The notes: generated by a model not told the origin, from the sequence alone. Shown: positions 29,335-37,547, numbered from the stretch's first letter. The stretch: DNA of 37,547 nt from an uncultured Janthinobacterium sp. (GCA_964658025.1 CAZZXB010000008.1:4091-41637); one strand, 5' to 3'. A program made the numbers and translations.

Positions 29335-30330
29335 TTATCTCCGTTGTGCGAGGTAGCCGTTGTCGGCGAACCACGCGACGGCCGCGCGAACGGCGCCGTC
29401 GATGGGCCGAGGGACGTACCCCAATCGAAGCGTTGCTTTCGACGCGTCGTAGTACATAGACTCCCCGCTCATCTTTACGCCGTCGAGCGGGACCGACGGG
29501 GTCTTTCCGAAGCGCGTCAGCACCGACTCGTCGATCCAGGCGACCGCCGTCGGAAGCCAGAGCGGGAGGCGGAATCTCGGCGCCGCGCGGCCGACCTCCG
29601 CGCCCACGCGCTCCAACAGCGCGCGTAGCGAGAGGTTTTCAGCCCCGAGAATATAGCGTTCGCCGCTCGTGCCCCGCTCGTACGCGAGCAGGTGACCGCG
29701 CGCCACGTCCGTCACGTCGACGAAATTGAGCCCGGTCTCCGGGACCGCCGGGCCCATCGCCCCGTTGAGGAACCGCACGAGGATGTCGCCCGTCGGCGTC
29801 GGTTTGCGATCCCACGGACCGATCGGCGTCGTCGGGTTCACGATCACGACGTCTTGCCCCGCCGCCGCCGCCGCGAGCGCCACGCGCTCGGCGACGTATT
29901 TCGACCGCTTGTACGCGCCGACGAGGTCTTCGGGCGCGCTCTGATGGGTCTCGTCCGCGACGGCGCCGTGCTTCACGCCGATCGCCGCGACCGAACTCGT
30001 GTAGACCGTCCGCCGGACGCCCGCATCCGAGGCCGCGGCGAGGACGTTCCGCGTCCCCTCGACGTTGCTCCGCATCAAGGCGTCGCGGTCGCGCCGGAAG
30101 AGGCTGTAGTGCGCGGCCACGTGGAAGACGGCTTCGCTGCGCCCGATCTTGCGGGCGAGATCTGGATCGGTGAGATCGCCCTCGACGACCCGCAGATCGA
30201 GACCGTCGAGGTTGCGTCGATCGCTTCCGGGACGCGCGAGCGCGCGCACCGACCACCCGTCCGAAAGCAGCGCGCGCGCCACGTTCGCGCCGACGAATCC
30301 CGTGCCGCCCGTGAGAAACGCGGTCTTCAG
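29335..30330 (-). CDS. hpnA: Hopanoid-associated sugar epimerase/SDR (CTG start)
   Basis: The Rossmann motif (LKTAFLTGGTGFVGANV) lies upstream of track start 30282 and begins at CTG 30330. Also FHVAAHY, YTSSVA, YKRSK and NPTTPIGPWDRKPTPTG motifs. Confidence 0.9.
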   Translation of the reverse strand: MKTAFLTGGTGFVGANVARALLSDGWSVRALARPGSDRRNLDGLDLRVVEGDLTDPDLARKIGRSEAVFHVAAHYSLFRRDRDALMRSNVEGTRNVLAAASDAGVRRTVYTSSVAAIGVKHGAVADETHQSAPEDLVGAYKRSKYVAERVALAAAAAGQDVVIVNPTTPIGPWDRKPTPTGDILVRFLNGAMGPAVPETGLNFVDVTDVARGHLLAYERGTSGERYILGAENLSLRALLERVGAEVGRAAPRFRLPLWLPTAVAWIDESVLTRFGKTPSVPLDGVKMSGESMYYDASKATLRLGYVPRPIDGAVRAAVAWFADNGYLAQRR

Positions 30331-32852
30331 GTCAGTTCTCCGCCGCGCGCCCAGTCGTCGAAGATCGTGTAGGCGACCGGAATCACGACGAGGCTGAGCA
30401 CGGTCGAGGTCATCAATCCGCCGATGATCGCGACGGCCATCGGCGCGCGCAGTTCCGCGCCCGCGCCGAAACCGAGCGCGATCGGGAGCATGCCGAGGAT
30501 CGTCGCGCCGGTCGTCATGAGGATCGGTCGCAGGCGCTGGGCGCCGGCCTCGCGGATCGCGTCGCTACGCGCCATGCCGAGTTTGCGCAGATTCTTGATA
30601 CGGTCGACGAGTAGGATCGCGTTCTTGTTGACGAGTCCGAACAAGAAGATCACGGCCATGAGCGAGATCAAGCCGAAGTCCGCGCGCGTGACCCACAGCG
30701 CGAAGAGCGCGCCCACGATGGAGAGCGGGAGCGAGACCGTGATCACGACCGGATCGACCCAACTCCGGAACAACACGATGAGCACGACGAAGATCGCGAC
30801 GACCGAGAGCGCGAGCGCGATGCCGAAATCGCTGAACGTCGTCGACGAATCTTCCGAATTCCCACCGAAGCGGATCGCGATCCCCTTCGTCTTTTTCAGG
30901 AGCTTGTTCGCCTGCGCGACCGCGATGCCGTCGGCGTCGCCGATCTGCAGGCTCGGCACGAGATCGGCCGAGATCTGCACCGCGCGCTTTCCGCCGACGT
31001 GTTCGATCGCGGAGAACGGCGTGCCGTCGGAGAGTCCGCTCGACGAGACGTTGACGAAGCCTTTCTGTTTTTCGAGCGCGTGTTCGAACGCGCGACCGAG
31101 CTCGCGCAATCTGTCGAGATCGTCGCCGACGAGCGCGATCTGCAGCGGTTTCTGCGAAGCGCTACCCACGAAGGGCACGTCCTCGACCGTCGTCAGCACG
31201 CCGTCGAGTTGCGGGAGACGCCCGCGCACGGCGTTCTCGACGTCGATCGTCTTGACGTGCCGCGCGCGCGCGAGCTTCACGTCGATCGTCCCCGCGTTCT
31301 GTTGGCCCGCTTGCGCGCCGATCGTCGTGTAGACGGCCTCGACCGCGGGATCGGAGCGGACGGAATCCTCCAGCCGCCGCGCCGTCGCTGCCGTATCGCT
31401 AGCGACCGTGCCGATCGGCGTGGAGAACGAGACGAGGAACTCGCCCCGGTCGAGATGCGGGATGAAGCCCTTGGGGATGAACGGAATGAGCGCGAGCCCC
31501 GCGGCGAAGGCGAGGATCGCGAGACCGATCACGACGCGGCGATGCTCGAGCGACCACGTGAGAACGGCGCGATACCGCGGATGGGCGAGAAAGTGTTCCG
31601 GATCGATCGTCCGCGGCGCGCGTCGCGGATCGTCGAGCCACCAGGCGGCGATCGTCGGCGAGAGCGTCCGCGCCGCGAGTAGCGAGAAGAGCACCGCGGC
31701 CGACGCCGTCAGCCCGAACGGGCGGAAGAAGAGCCCGAGCGTCCCCTGCATGAGCCCGATCGGGAGGAAGACGGCGACGATCGTGAGCGATGCCGCGACG
31801 AGGGTCAGCCCCATCTCCTTATTGGCGAGAAGCGCGGCCTGTTTCGCGGTCTCGCCGTTCTCGAGATGGCGGACGATGTTCTCGACGGCGACGATCGCGT
31901 CGTCGAGGATCACCCCGACGACGAGCGCGAGCGCGAGCAGGGTGATCGTCTCGAGATTGAACTTGCAGAGCCACATGACGATCGCGGTCCCCAGCAGCGA
32001 GACGGGGATCGCGATCGCGGAGATCGTCGTCGCCCGCCAGCTCTTGAGGAACGGCAAGATGACGAGGATCGCGAGCAGGACGGCGAGACCGAGCGCTTCC
32101 TGCGTCGCGCGCGACGCTTCGAGGATGAACGTCACCTGCGTCGTCGCCTGCTCGATATCGAGATCGGGTCGCGCGGCTCGGATGCGCGCGATCGTCTCGT
32201 CGCTCGCCTCGCCGACGTCGAGCGTGTTCGCGTCGGCGCGCTTGACGACGTCGATCGCGATCGCGTCCGTCCCGTCGTACCGGAAAACGGATGCGTCTCC
32301 CGACGTCGACGGCGCGCCGACGACCGTGGCCTTGAGCACGCCGTCGATGGCGCGTAACTTCGGGACGACGTCGCGATCGGCGATCGCCGCGACTTCGGCG
32401 AGCGAGCGCTTCTTGTCGACGATCGCGTAGGTGACGACGGGCGACTCGTTGAGATTCTGCTCGGCGATCGTCGTTTTCGTCCCGCCGGGGAGCGAGAGTC
32501 CGTCGAGCGCCGCCTGCACTTCGTCGCGCCGCGCCGAGAGCGATTTGCTCACGTCGAATTGCAGGTCGACGGCGACGAACTGCGGGTAGGTGAGCGAGTG
32601 CATCCGCGAGAGACCCGAGAGCGCGCGCAGTCGCGCTTCGATCGGGTCGGTGACGGTCCGTTCGTTCGCGCCGACGTCGATCTGCGACGTCTGCGCCGTT
32701 ACCGTGATCACGGGGAACGTGATGTCGGGGAGTAGCGCGAGCTTGAGGTTGAGGAACGCGAAAACGCCGAGCACCGAGAGGATCGCCCACAAAGCGATCG
32801 ACGTACGCGGGTAGTCGATCGCGAGATAGGAGATGCTGAAGAGCCGGTTCAG
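30327..32852 (-). CDS. AcrB/HAE1-type RND permease, shortened (about 841 aa)
   Basis: PDITFP, AIPVSLLGT, VGVILDDAIVAVEN, NKNAILLVD, RLRPILMTT and PMAVAIIGGLMTST motifs. Probable CTG start at 32852; alternative GTG at 32906. Confidence 0.9.
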   Translation of the reverse strand: MNRLFSISYLAIDYPRTSIALWAILSVLGVFAFLNLKLALLPDITFPVITVTAQTSQIDVGANERTVTDPIEARLRALSGLSRMHSLTYPQFVAVDLQFDVSKSLSARRDEVQAALDGLSLPGGTKTTIAEQNLNESPVVTYAIVDKKRSLAEVAAIADRDVVPKLRAIDGVLKATVVGAPSTSGDASVFRYDGTDAIAIDVVKRADANTLDVGEASDETIARIRAARPDLDIEQATTQVTFILEASRATQEALGLAVLLAILVILPFLKSWRATTISAIAIPVSLLGTAIVMWLCKFNLETITLLALALVVGVILDDAIVAVENIVRHLENGETAKQAALLANKEMGLTLVAASLTIVAVFLPIGLMQGTLGLFFRPFGLTASAAVLFSLLAARTLSPTIAAWWLDDPRRAPRTIDPEHFLAHPRYRAVLTWSLEHRRVVIGLAILAFAAGLALIPFIPKGFIPHLDRGEFLVSFSTPIGTVASDTAATARRLEDSVRSDPAVEAVYTTIGAQAGQQNAGTIDVKLARARHVKTIDVENAVRGRLPQLDGVLTTVEDVPFVGSASQKPLQIALVGDDLDRLRELGRAFEHALEKQKGFVNVSSSGLSDGTPFSAIEHVGGKRAVQISADLVPSLQIGDADGIAVAQANKLLKKTKGIAIRFGGNSEDSSTTFSDFGIALALSVVAIFVVLIVLFRSWVDPVVITVSLPLSIVGALFALWVTRADFGLISLMAVIFLFGLVNKNAILLVDRIKNLRKLGMARSDAIREAGAQRLRPILMTTGATILGMLPIALGFGAGAELRAPMAVAIIGGLMTSTVLSLVVIPVAYTIFDDWARGGELT

Positions 32853-34012
32853 GGTTTCGCGAGGCCGAGTCTGAACCGCCTTCGGCTTGTTTTCGAGACG
32901 AGCCACCGAGTCGACTTGTTGCTTATCGTCGAGAGCGACCCTGCGAAAATGAGGGACCGGACTTCGCCGCGCGTGATTTTCACGCCGCCGCCCGATTGCA
33001 ACATCGCGGTCGAGCGCTCGATCTCGCGCAGCGTCGCGACCGCGAAGAGGACGGGGAGGAGGCAGAAGAGCCGGATCTGGATCGCGGCTTTCGGAATGGC
33101 GCTGAAGTAGTCGAGGGAGCTGCGGATGTCGTCGCGCGCGAGTTGCACGAGCGCGAGCAGGGCCTCGCGATTCTCGATCCGCCGTTCGCGATCGAGGATG
33201 TCCTTATGACTCGACCCGCGCTCGCGCAGGAGATCCTCGGGGACGAACGCCGCGTTTTCGTGCTCGATGTCCCAGGCGATGTCCTTGAGGATGTTGACCG
33301 TCTGGAGCGCCTCGCCGAACGCCTCGCAATGCACGAGGAGACGCTCGTATTCGGGTCGCTTCACGAGCCGCGAATGCGCGTGCCAGAGATCGGTGAGCAA
33401 GTGTCCGACCGTACCGGCGACGTAATAACAATAACGACGGTATTCCGGCATCGTCTGGATGCGGATCCCGGCCGGGTACCGGCCGACGAATTCGCTCATG
33501 CCGAGCGACATCTCGCGCGTCCACTTTTCGACGATGGCGGCGGTTTTCGGCGGCAACGACCGCAGCAAGACGAAAACGAGTTCCGTGTTGCGGAGGAGTT
33601 CGAGATAATTCTCGTCGGCGGCGATATCGCTCGCTTTGGAGGCGAAGCGTTTCGCCTCGTCCGCGTCGTCGAAGCATCGTAGGAACTCGGCGAGCAGCGC
33701 CTGGCGCCGCGCGGCGGTCGCCGATCCGTCGTCCTCGATCGTGTCGGCGATCCGACAGAGCAGATAGCCCACGAGCACGGCCTTGCGGAGATCGCCCGGG
33801 AGGACCGAGATGCCGATCGCGAACGTCCGCGACACGCGACCGATGATGCCGCGAGCGAACGCGAGCGCGCGTCGTTCCTCGGCACGATCGACCGCATTCG
33901 GCCGACTCGGGGACGGCGTTGCTCGCGTGGCGTTGGTCCCGTTGATGTCCGAAATGATCTCCTCGCGTCGTCGCAGGACTGCGAATCGCACGCGGCACAC
34001 TCGGTCCGACAT
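32849..34012 (-). CDS. Squalene synthase (single-enzyme farnesyl-diphosphate farnesyltransferase type)
   Basis: VSRTFA, YLLCRIADTIEDD, YCYYVAGTVG, LQTVNILKDI and FCLLPVLFAVATL motifs. Start uncertain: ATG 34012, or ATT 33955 after GAGGAG. Confidence 0.85.
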   Translation of the reverse strand: MSDRVCRVRFAVLRRREEIISDINGTNATRATPSPSRPNAVDRAEERRALAFARGIIGRVSRTFAIGISVLPGDLRKAVLVGYLLCRIADTIEDDGSATAARRQALLAEFLRCFDDADEAKRFASKASDIAADENYLELLRNTELVFVLLRSLPPKTAAIVEKWTREMSLGMSEFVGRYPAGIRIQTMPEYRRYCYYVAGTVGHLLTDLWHAHSRLVKRPEYERLLVHCEAFGEALQTVNILKDIAWDIEHENAAFVPEDLLRERGSSHKDILDRERRIENREALLALVQLARDDIRSSLDYFSAIPKAAIQIRLFCLLPVLFAVATLREIERSTAMLQSGGGVKITRGEVRSLIFAGSLSTISNKSTRWLVSKTSRRRFRLGLAKP

Positions 34013-34093
34013 GACGGCCCATTGCGGCGATTCGCCGGTTGAGCATATGAAGCGTAGGGGCCCGATTCCCCTTTTGGGAACGATGTGCGGGAT

Positions 34094-35692
34094 ATGCTGA
34101 ACCGCGCCCAGTCCGAACGAAAACGCAACGTCTTGTGCGTGTTCCCACACTACACGCCATCGTTCGGGACCTTCGAACACGCCTATCCGTTCATCGGCGC
34201 GAAGGCCTTCATGCCGCCTCAGGGCATCCTCGTGATCGCGAGCTACATGCCGCCTTCGTGGGACGTGCGCTTCATCGACGAAAACGTGCGGCGGGCGGGC
34301 GCCGCCGACTTCGCCTGGGCCGACGTCGTGTTCGTTAGCGGGATGCACATCCAACGTCCCCAGATCAACGACATCAACCGGCGCGCGCACACGTACGGTA
34401 AGGTGACGGTCCTCGGCGGCCCGTCGGTCTCCGGGTGTCCCGAATACTATCCCGACTTCGACTACCTCCACGTCGGCGAGCTCGGCGACGCGACGGACGA
34501 GATGGTTCGCCGCCTGACCGAGTCGATCGCGCGGCCGGTCTCGCAGATCCGACTCGAGACGAAGGAACGTCTTCCGCTCGCCGATTTCCCGGTGCCCGCC
34601 TATCACAAGCTCGACGTCTCGCACTATTTTCTCGGCAGCGTGCAATTCTCGAGCGGCTGCCCCTACCGCTGCGAGTTCTGCGATATCCCCGAACTCTACG
34701 GTCAGAATCCGCGCCTCAAGACCCCCGAGCAGATCGTCGCCGAACTCGACGCGATCCTCGCCAACGGCGGCGAACGCGCGATCTATTTCGTCGACGACAA
34801 CTTCGTCGGAAATCGTAAGGCGGCGAAGGTCCTGCTCCCGCACCTCATCGCGTGGCAGAAGAAGAACGGCTACGCCGTGCAGTTCGCGTGCGAGGCGACG
34901 CTCAACATCGCGAAGTCGCCCGACCTGCTCGAGATGATGCGCGAGGCGTATTTCTGCACGATCTTCTGTGGGATCGAAACGCCCGATCCCGCGGTGTTGC
35001 GCGCGATCTCGAAAGATCAGAACAATCAGATGCCGATCATGGACGCGATCGAGATCATCAACGGGTTCGGCATGGAAGTGGTCTCCGGGATCATCATGGG
35101 TCTCGATACCGATACGGCCGACACGCCGGAGAAGATCCTCGATTTCGTCGAGCTCTCGAACATCCCGTTGCTCACGATCAACCTCTTACAGGCGCTCCCG
35201 CGCACGCCGCTCTATCGTCGTCTCGAGGCGGAGGGTCGACTCGTCGACGAGCCCGGTCGCGAATCGAACGTGGCGTTCAAGATCCCGTACGACGAGACGG
35301 TCGCGATGTGGCGCAAGACGTTCTCCGCGGCGTACACGCCCGAAGCGCTCTACGAACGCTTCGCGCACCAAGTCGAGCACGTGTTCCCCAATCGCATCAC
35401 GCCGCCGAATTCGAAACAGCGCGTCAACGCGCGCAACATCCGTCTCGCGTTCCGGATCCTCGCCAACCTGTTGATCCGCGTCGGCATCCTCGGCAACTAC
35501 CGGCGCGTCTTCTGGAAGATGGCACGACGGCTGATCGCCAAGGGCAACGTGGAAGCGCTGTTCCACATCGGAATGGTGAGCCACCATCTCATCACCTTCG
35601 CCCGCGAGGCCGCGTCGGGGAAGCAGAGCGCGTCGTTCTACAATCAAGACGTGCGCACGGCGGACGACGTCTCGCTCTCGCGCACGGCGTGA
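34094..35692 (+). CDS. hpnP: Hopanoid C-2 methylase, B12-binding radical SAM
   Basis: LCVFPHYTPSFGTF, AFMPPQG, VSGMHIQR, GGPSVSGCPEYYPDFDYLHVGELGDATD, GCPYRCEFCDIP and LLTINLLQALPRTPL closely match HpnP sequences as I recall them. Lies divergent from the hpn operon. Confidence 0.88.
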   Translation: MLNRAQSERKRNVLCVFPHYTPSFGTFEHAYPFIGAKAFMPPQGILVIASYMPPSWDVRFIDENVRRAGAADFAWADVVFVSGMHIQRPQINDINRRAHTYGKVTVLGGPSVSGCPEYYPDFDYLHVGELGDATDEMVRRLTESIARPVSQIRLETKERLPLADFPVPAYHKLDVSHYFLGSVQFSSGCPYRCEFCDIPELYGQNPRLKTPEQIVAELDAILANGGERAIYFVDDNFVGNRKAAKVLLPHLIAWQKKNGYAVQFACEATLNIAKSPDLLEMMREAYFCTIFCGIETPDPAVLRAISKDQNNQMPIMDAIEIINGFGMEVVSGIIMGLDTDTADTPEKILDFVELSNIPLLTINLLQALPRTPLYRRLEAEGRLVDEPGRESNVAFKIPYDETVAMWRKTFSAAYTPEALYERFAHQVEHVFPNRITPPNSKQRVNARNIRLAFRILANLLIRVGILGNYRRVFWKMARRLIAKGNVEALFHIGMVSHHLITFAREAASGKQSASFYNQDVRTADDVSLSRTA

Positions 35693-35698
35693 CGGCCG

Positions 35699-35722
35699 CG
35701 CGCTCGGCTCCGCCCGAGCGCG
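35699..35722. terminator. Hairpin between convergent hpnP and cynS
   Basis: 9-bp stem CGCGCTCGG / CCGAGCGCG with a 6-nt loop; no U-tract. Confidence 0.45.
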
Positions 35723-35731
35723 TGCGACGCG

Positions 35732-36172
35732 CTAGAATTCCTTGTACGGTAGGAACTTCGAATCCAGGGTGATGACGGCGCGACCGCCCTCGCGCCGACA
35801 ATCGATCGTGATGTCGATCGCGCTCAAGATCCCGTCGCCGAACTCTTCGGCCGTCCACGTGCGGATCGCTTCGCCGAAGACGTCGACCATCTCGTGGAGT
35901 CGGTAGACGAGCGGATCGGCGTTCCGGACGACCGGGACCAGTAACGGTTCGAGCGACGACTCGTCGACGGCGAGCGCTTCGGCGAGTAACGGTAGCGTCT
36001 CTTTCGTCAGCGTCGCCTGACCGGAGAAGAGCGCGCCGACCCAGATCGGACTCTTGCCGATCCGCTCGCCGATGGCGGCGAGCGTGAGCCCGAGCTCTTT
36101 CCGACGCTCGGATATCTCGAAAAAGAGATCCGCGAGGAGCTCCGACGTCGCCGTGCTTTTCGTAGCGCTCAT
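35732..36172 (-). CDS. cynS: Cyanase (cyanate hydratase)
   Basis: N-terminal HTH-like domain; DPLVYRLHE (catalytic Arg/Glu), EEFGDGILSAID (Ser) and KFLPY motifs. Confidence 0.85.
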   Translation of the reverse strand: MSATKSTATSELLADLFFEISERRKELGLTLAAIGERIGKSPIWVGALFSGQATLTKETLPLLAEALAVDESSLEPLLVPVVRNADPLVYRLHEMVDVFGEAIRTWTAEEFGDGILSAIDITIDCRREGGRAVITLDSKFLPYKEF

Positions 36173-36205
36173 CTCGGGTGGGTTCGCGCGCGTCCGCGAT
36201 AACTC

Positions 36206-37547
36206 TTACGCGGACCGGCGTTCGAGGCGACGTCGCGCGAGGACGATGGTCGCCACCAGCGCGAGGGCGAAGAGCGCGAGCGCGCCGACCACGAGCGCGA
36301 CGGCGCGGCCCGTGAGCAAGCCGATACCTCCGGGCGCGAGGCACGCGCGGTACGGCGCGCCGTCGAGTTCGGTCGCCGCACACCAATAGGCGAGCCACAT
36401 GTTCGGTCCGATCTCCGTCGGCGCGCCGCCTTCGTACAGTCGCTCGAAGCGCGCGCGCGCCGTCGGATCGGTCGCGAGGCGGCGCTGTACCTCGAGGAGT
36501 GAGGGCGCGTCGAACGTGCGCGCGCCGAGCGACGCGAGATCGCCGATCCGCCGCCACGCGTCGCCGTCGAGCGAGGTCTCGACGACGTTGCCGACGCTCC
36601 CGTCGGCGCGGACCTCGGCCGTGAGAAACGACGGCGCGTTATCGAAGACGGGCGAAATCGACGGAACGAGTAAGATCGGCACGTCGGGCGACCGCCCGGC
36701 CTCGCTCACGCGATAGGCGAATTTGTGCGTATGTCCCGCGACGACGAGCCGCACGCGATTGCGCGGATCGTTGACGAAGCCGAGAAATTCGTTCCGCGCG
36801 TCGCTGCGCAGGAACGGTACCACGGCGAGCCGGTGCGTCAGATGACTCGTCGTGAACGCGTCCATGCCGGGCGGTACGTGCGTGACGACCCACGTATCGT
36901 CGCCTCGGGGATCGTCCGCGAGATAGGCGCCGAAGCGATCGAGCGCGGCGCGCGCGTCCTTGGGCCCGCAGGTCGAGCGATATCGGATCGTCATCGCGCG
37001 ATCGTCGATCGCGACCGCGCGCAAACCGCGCACCGGAAGCGACGCCACGTAACTCCCGTCGATCGCGAACGTGCGCGCGAAGTTCGGAGAGGCGCCGTTG
37101 CGATTCACGAGCGGTTCCCACGCGCGCGCGACGGCGCGTAGGAACGCGCGCGACGGCGAACCGTAGTCGCCGCAATCCGAATCGTTGTTGCCGAGCGCGA
37201 TGACGAATTGCGCGCGCGGGAACGTGGCGTCGAAGCGTTTCGCGAGATCCGTCACGATCTGCAACGGTTGGCCCGGCGTCGCCCGATGCCACACGAAATC
37301 GCCCGCGATCACGACGACGGGCGGATCGGGATCCACGCGATGCATCGCCGCGAGCGCGGACGTCAGCAAGCGTTCGTTCGTATCGACGCCGAACGGCGAG
37401 AGGCGATGACGCGGTCGGTCCTGACCCGCGTGGACGTCGCTCACGAACAACCACGGCGAGAGCGCGTGTTTCGCGCCCGCGGTCGCTGCGGCGGGACGCA
37501 ACGCGCAGAGCAGGACGAGCGAGAGCGACACGAGCGCCGCACGGGCG
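36206..37547 (-). CDS. Acid sphingomyelinase-like metallophosphoesterase with C-terminal TM anchor (5' end probably outside the window)
   Basis: SDVH, AGDFVWH, LGNND, THVPPG, AGHTH and PSISPVFDNAPSF motifs; hydrophobic C-terminal helix then RRRLERR. The frame is open to the window edge. Confidence 0.82.
   Translation of the reverse strand, partial: ARAALVSLSLVLLCALRPAAATAGAKHALSPWLFVSDVHAGQDRPRHRLSPFGVDTNERLLTSALAAMHRVDPDPPVVVIAGDFVWHRATPGQPLQIVTDLAKRFDATFPRAQFVIALGNNDSDCGDYGSPSRAFLRAVARAWEPLVNRNGASPNFARTFAIDGSYVASLPVRGLRAVAIDDRAMTIRYRSTCGPKDARAALDRFGAYLADDPRGDDTWVVTHVPPGMDAFTTSHLTHRLAVVPFLRSDARNEFLGFVNDPRNRVRLVVAGHTHKFAYRVSEAGRSPDVPILLVPSISPVFDNAPSFLTAEVRADGSVGNVVETSLDGDAWRRIGDLASLGARTFDAPSLLEVQRRLATDPTARARFERLYEGGAPTEIGPNMWLAYWCAATELDGAPYRACLAPGGIGLLTGRAVALVVGALALFALALVATIVLARRRLERRSA

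Noticed and set aside
30327..32852. Calling the RND hpnN
   Set aside because: The motifs are AcrB/HAE1-type, not the MMPL-like HpnN family, so no symbol was assigned.
34056..34081. Shared stress-sigma promoter (GGGAAC) upstream of hpnP and of the trehalose operon (about 1134-1139)
   Set aside because: Only a 6-mer is shared and there is no consistent -35 element.

Overview
High-GC chromosomal window with no mobile elements, CRISPR arrays, tRNAs or rRNAs detected. It comes from a diderm bacterium with Terrabacteria-like gene content (RqcH, TamB, long MlaD); Ca. Eremiobacterota is my inference, not proven. Contents, left to right: partial alpha/beta hydrolase; small membrane protein; trehalose-type operon (beta-PGM-like HAD, GH65, OtsB, sugar porter); tamB, frameshifted rqcH and MATE on the minus strand; gmk-rpoZ-glmS; DUF885/DUF5069 pair; rph-orf-mlaEFD-rhomboid-panE-HAD-pduO operon; a structured 300-nt intergenic element; a hopanoid cluster (squalene synthase, RND, hpnA, hpnH, hpnG, divergent hpnP C-2 methylase); cyanase; and a sphingomyelinase-like phosphoesterase. 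Most notable: (1) the hpn-operon RND lacks both TolC-docking subdomains and may be an alternative hopanoid transporter; (2) CTG/ATT start codons recur, three as CTGA stop/start overlaps, concentrated in the hpn operon; (3) a candidate new ncRNA or tandem micro-ORF element lies at 27261-27520; (4) hpnP is present; (5) MlaD appears to be a trans-envelope form, with TamB nearby.
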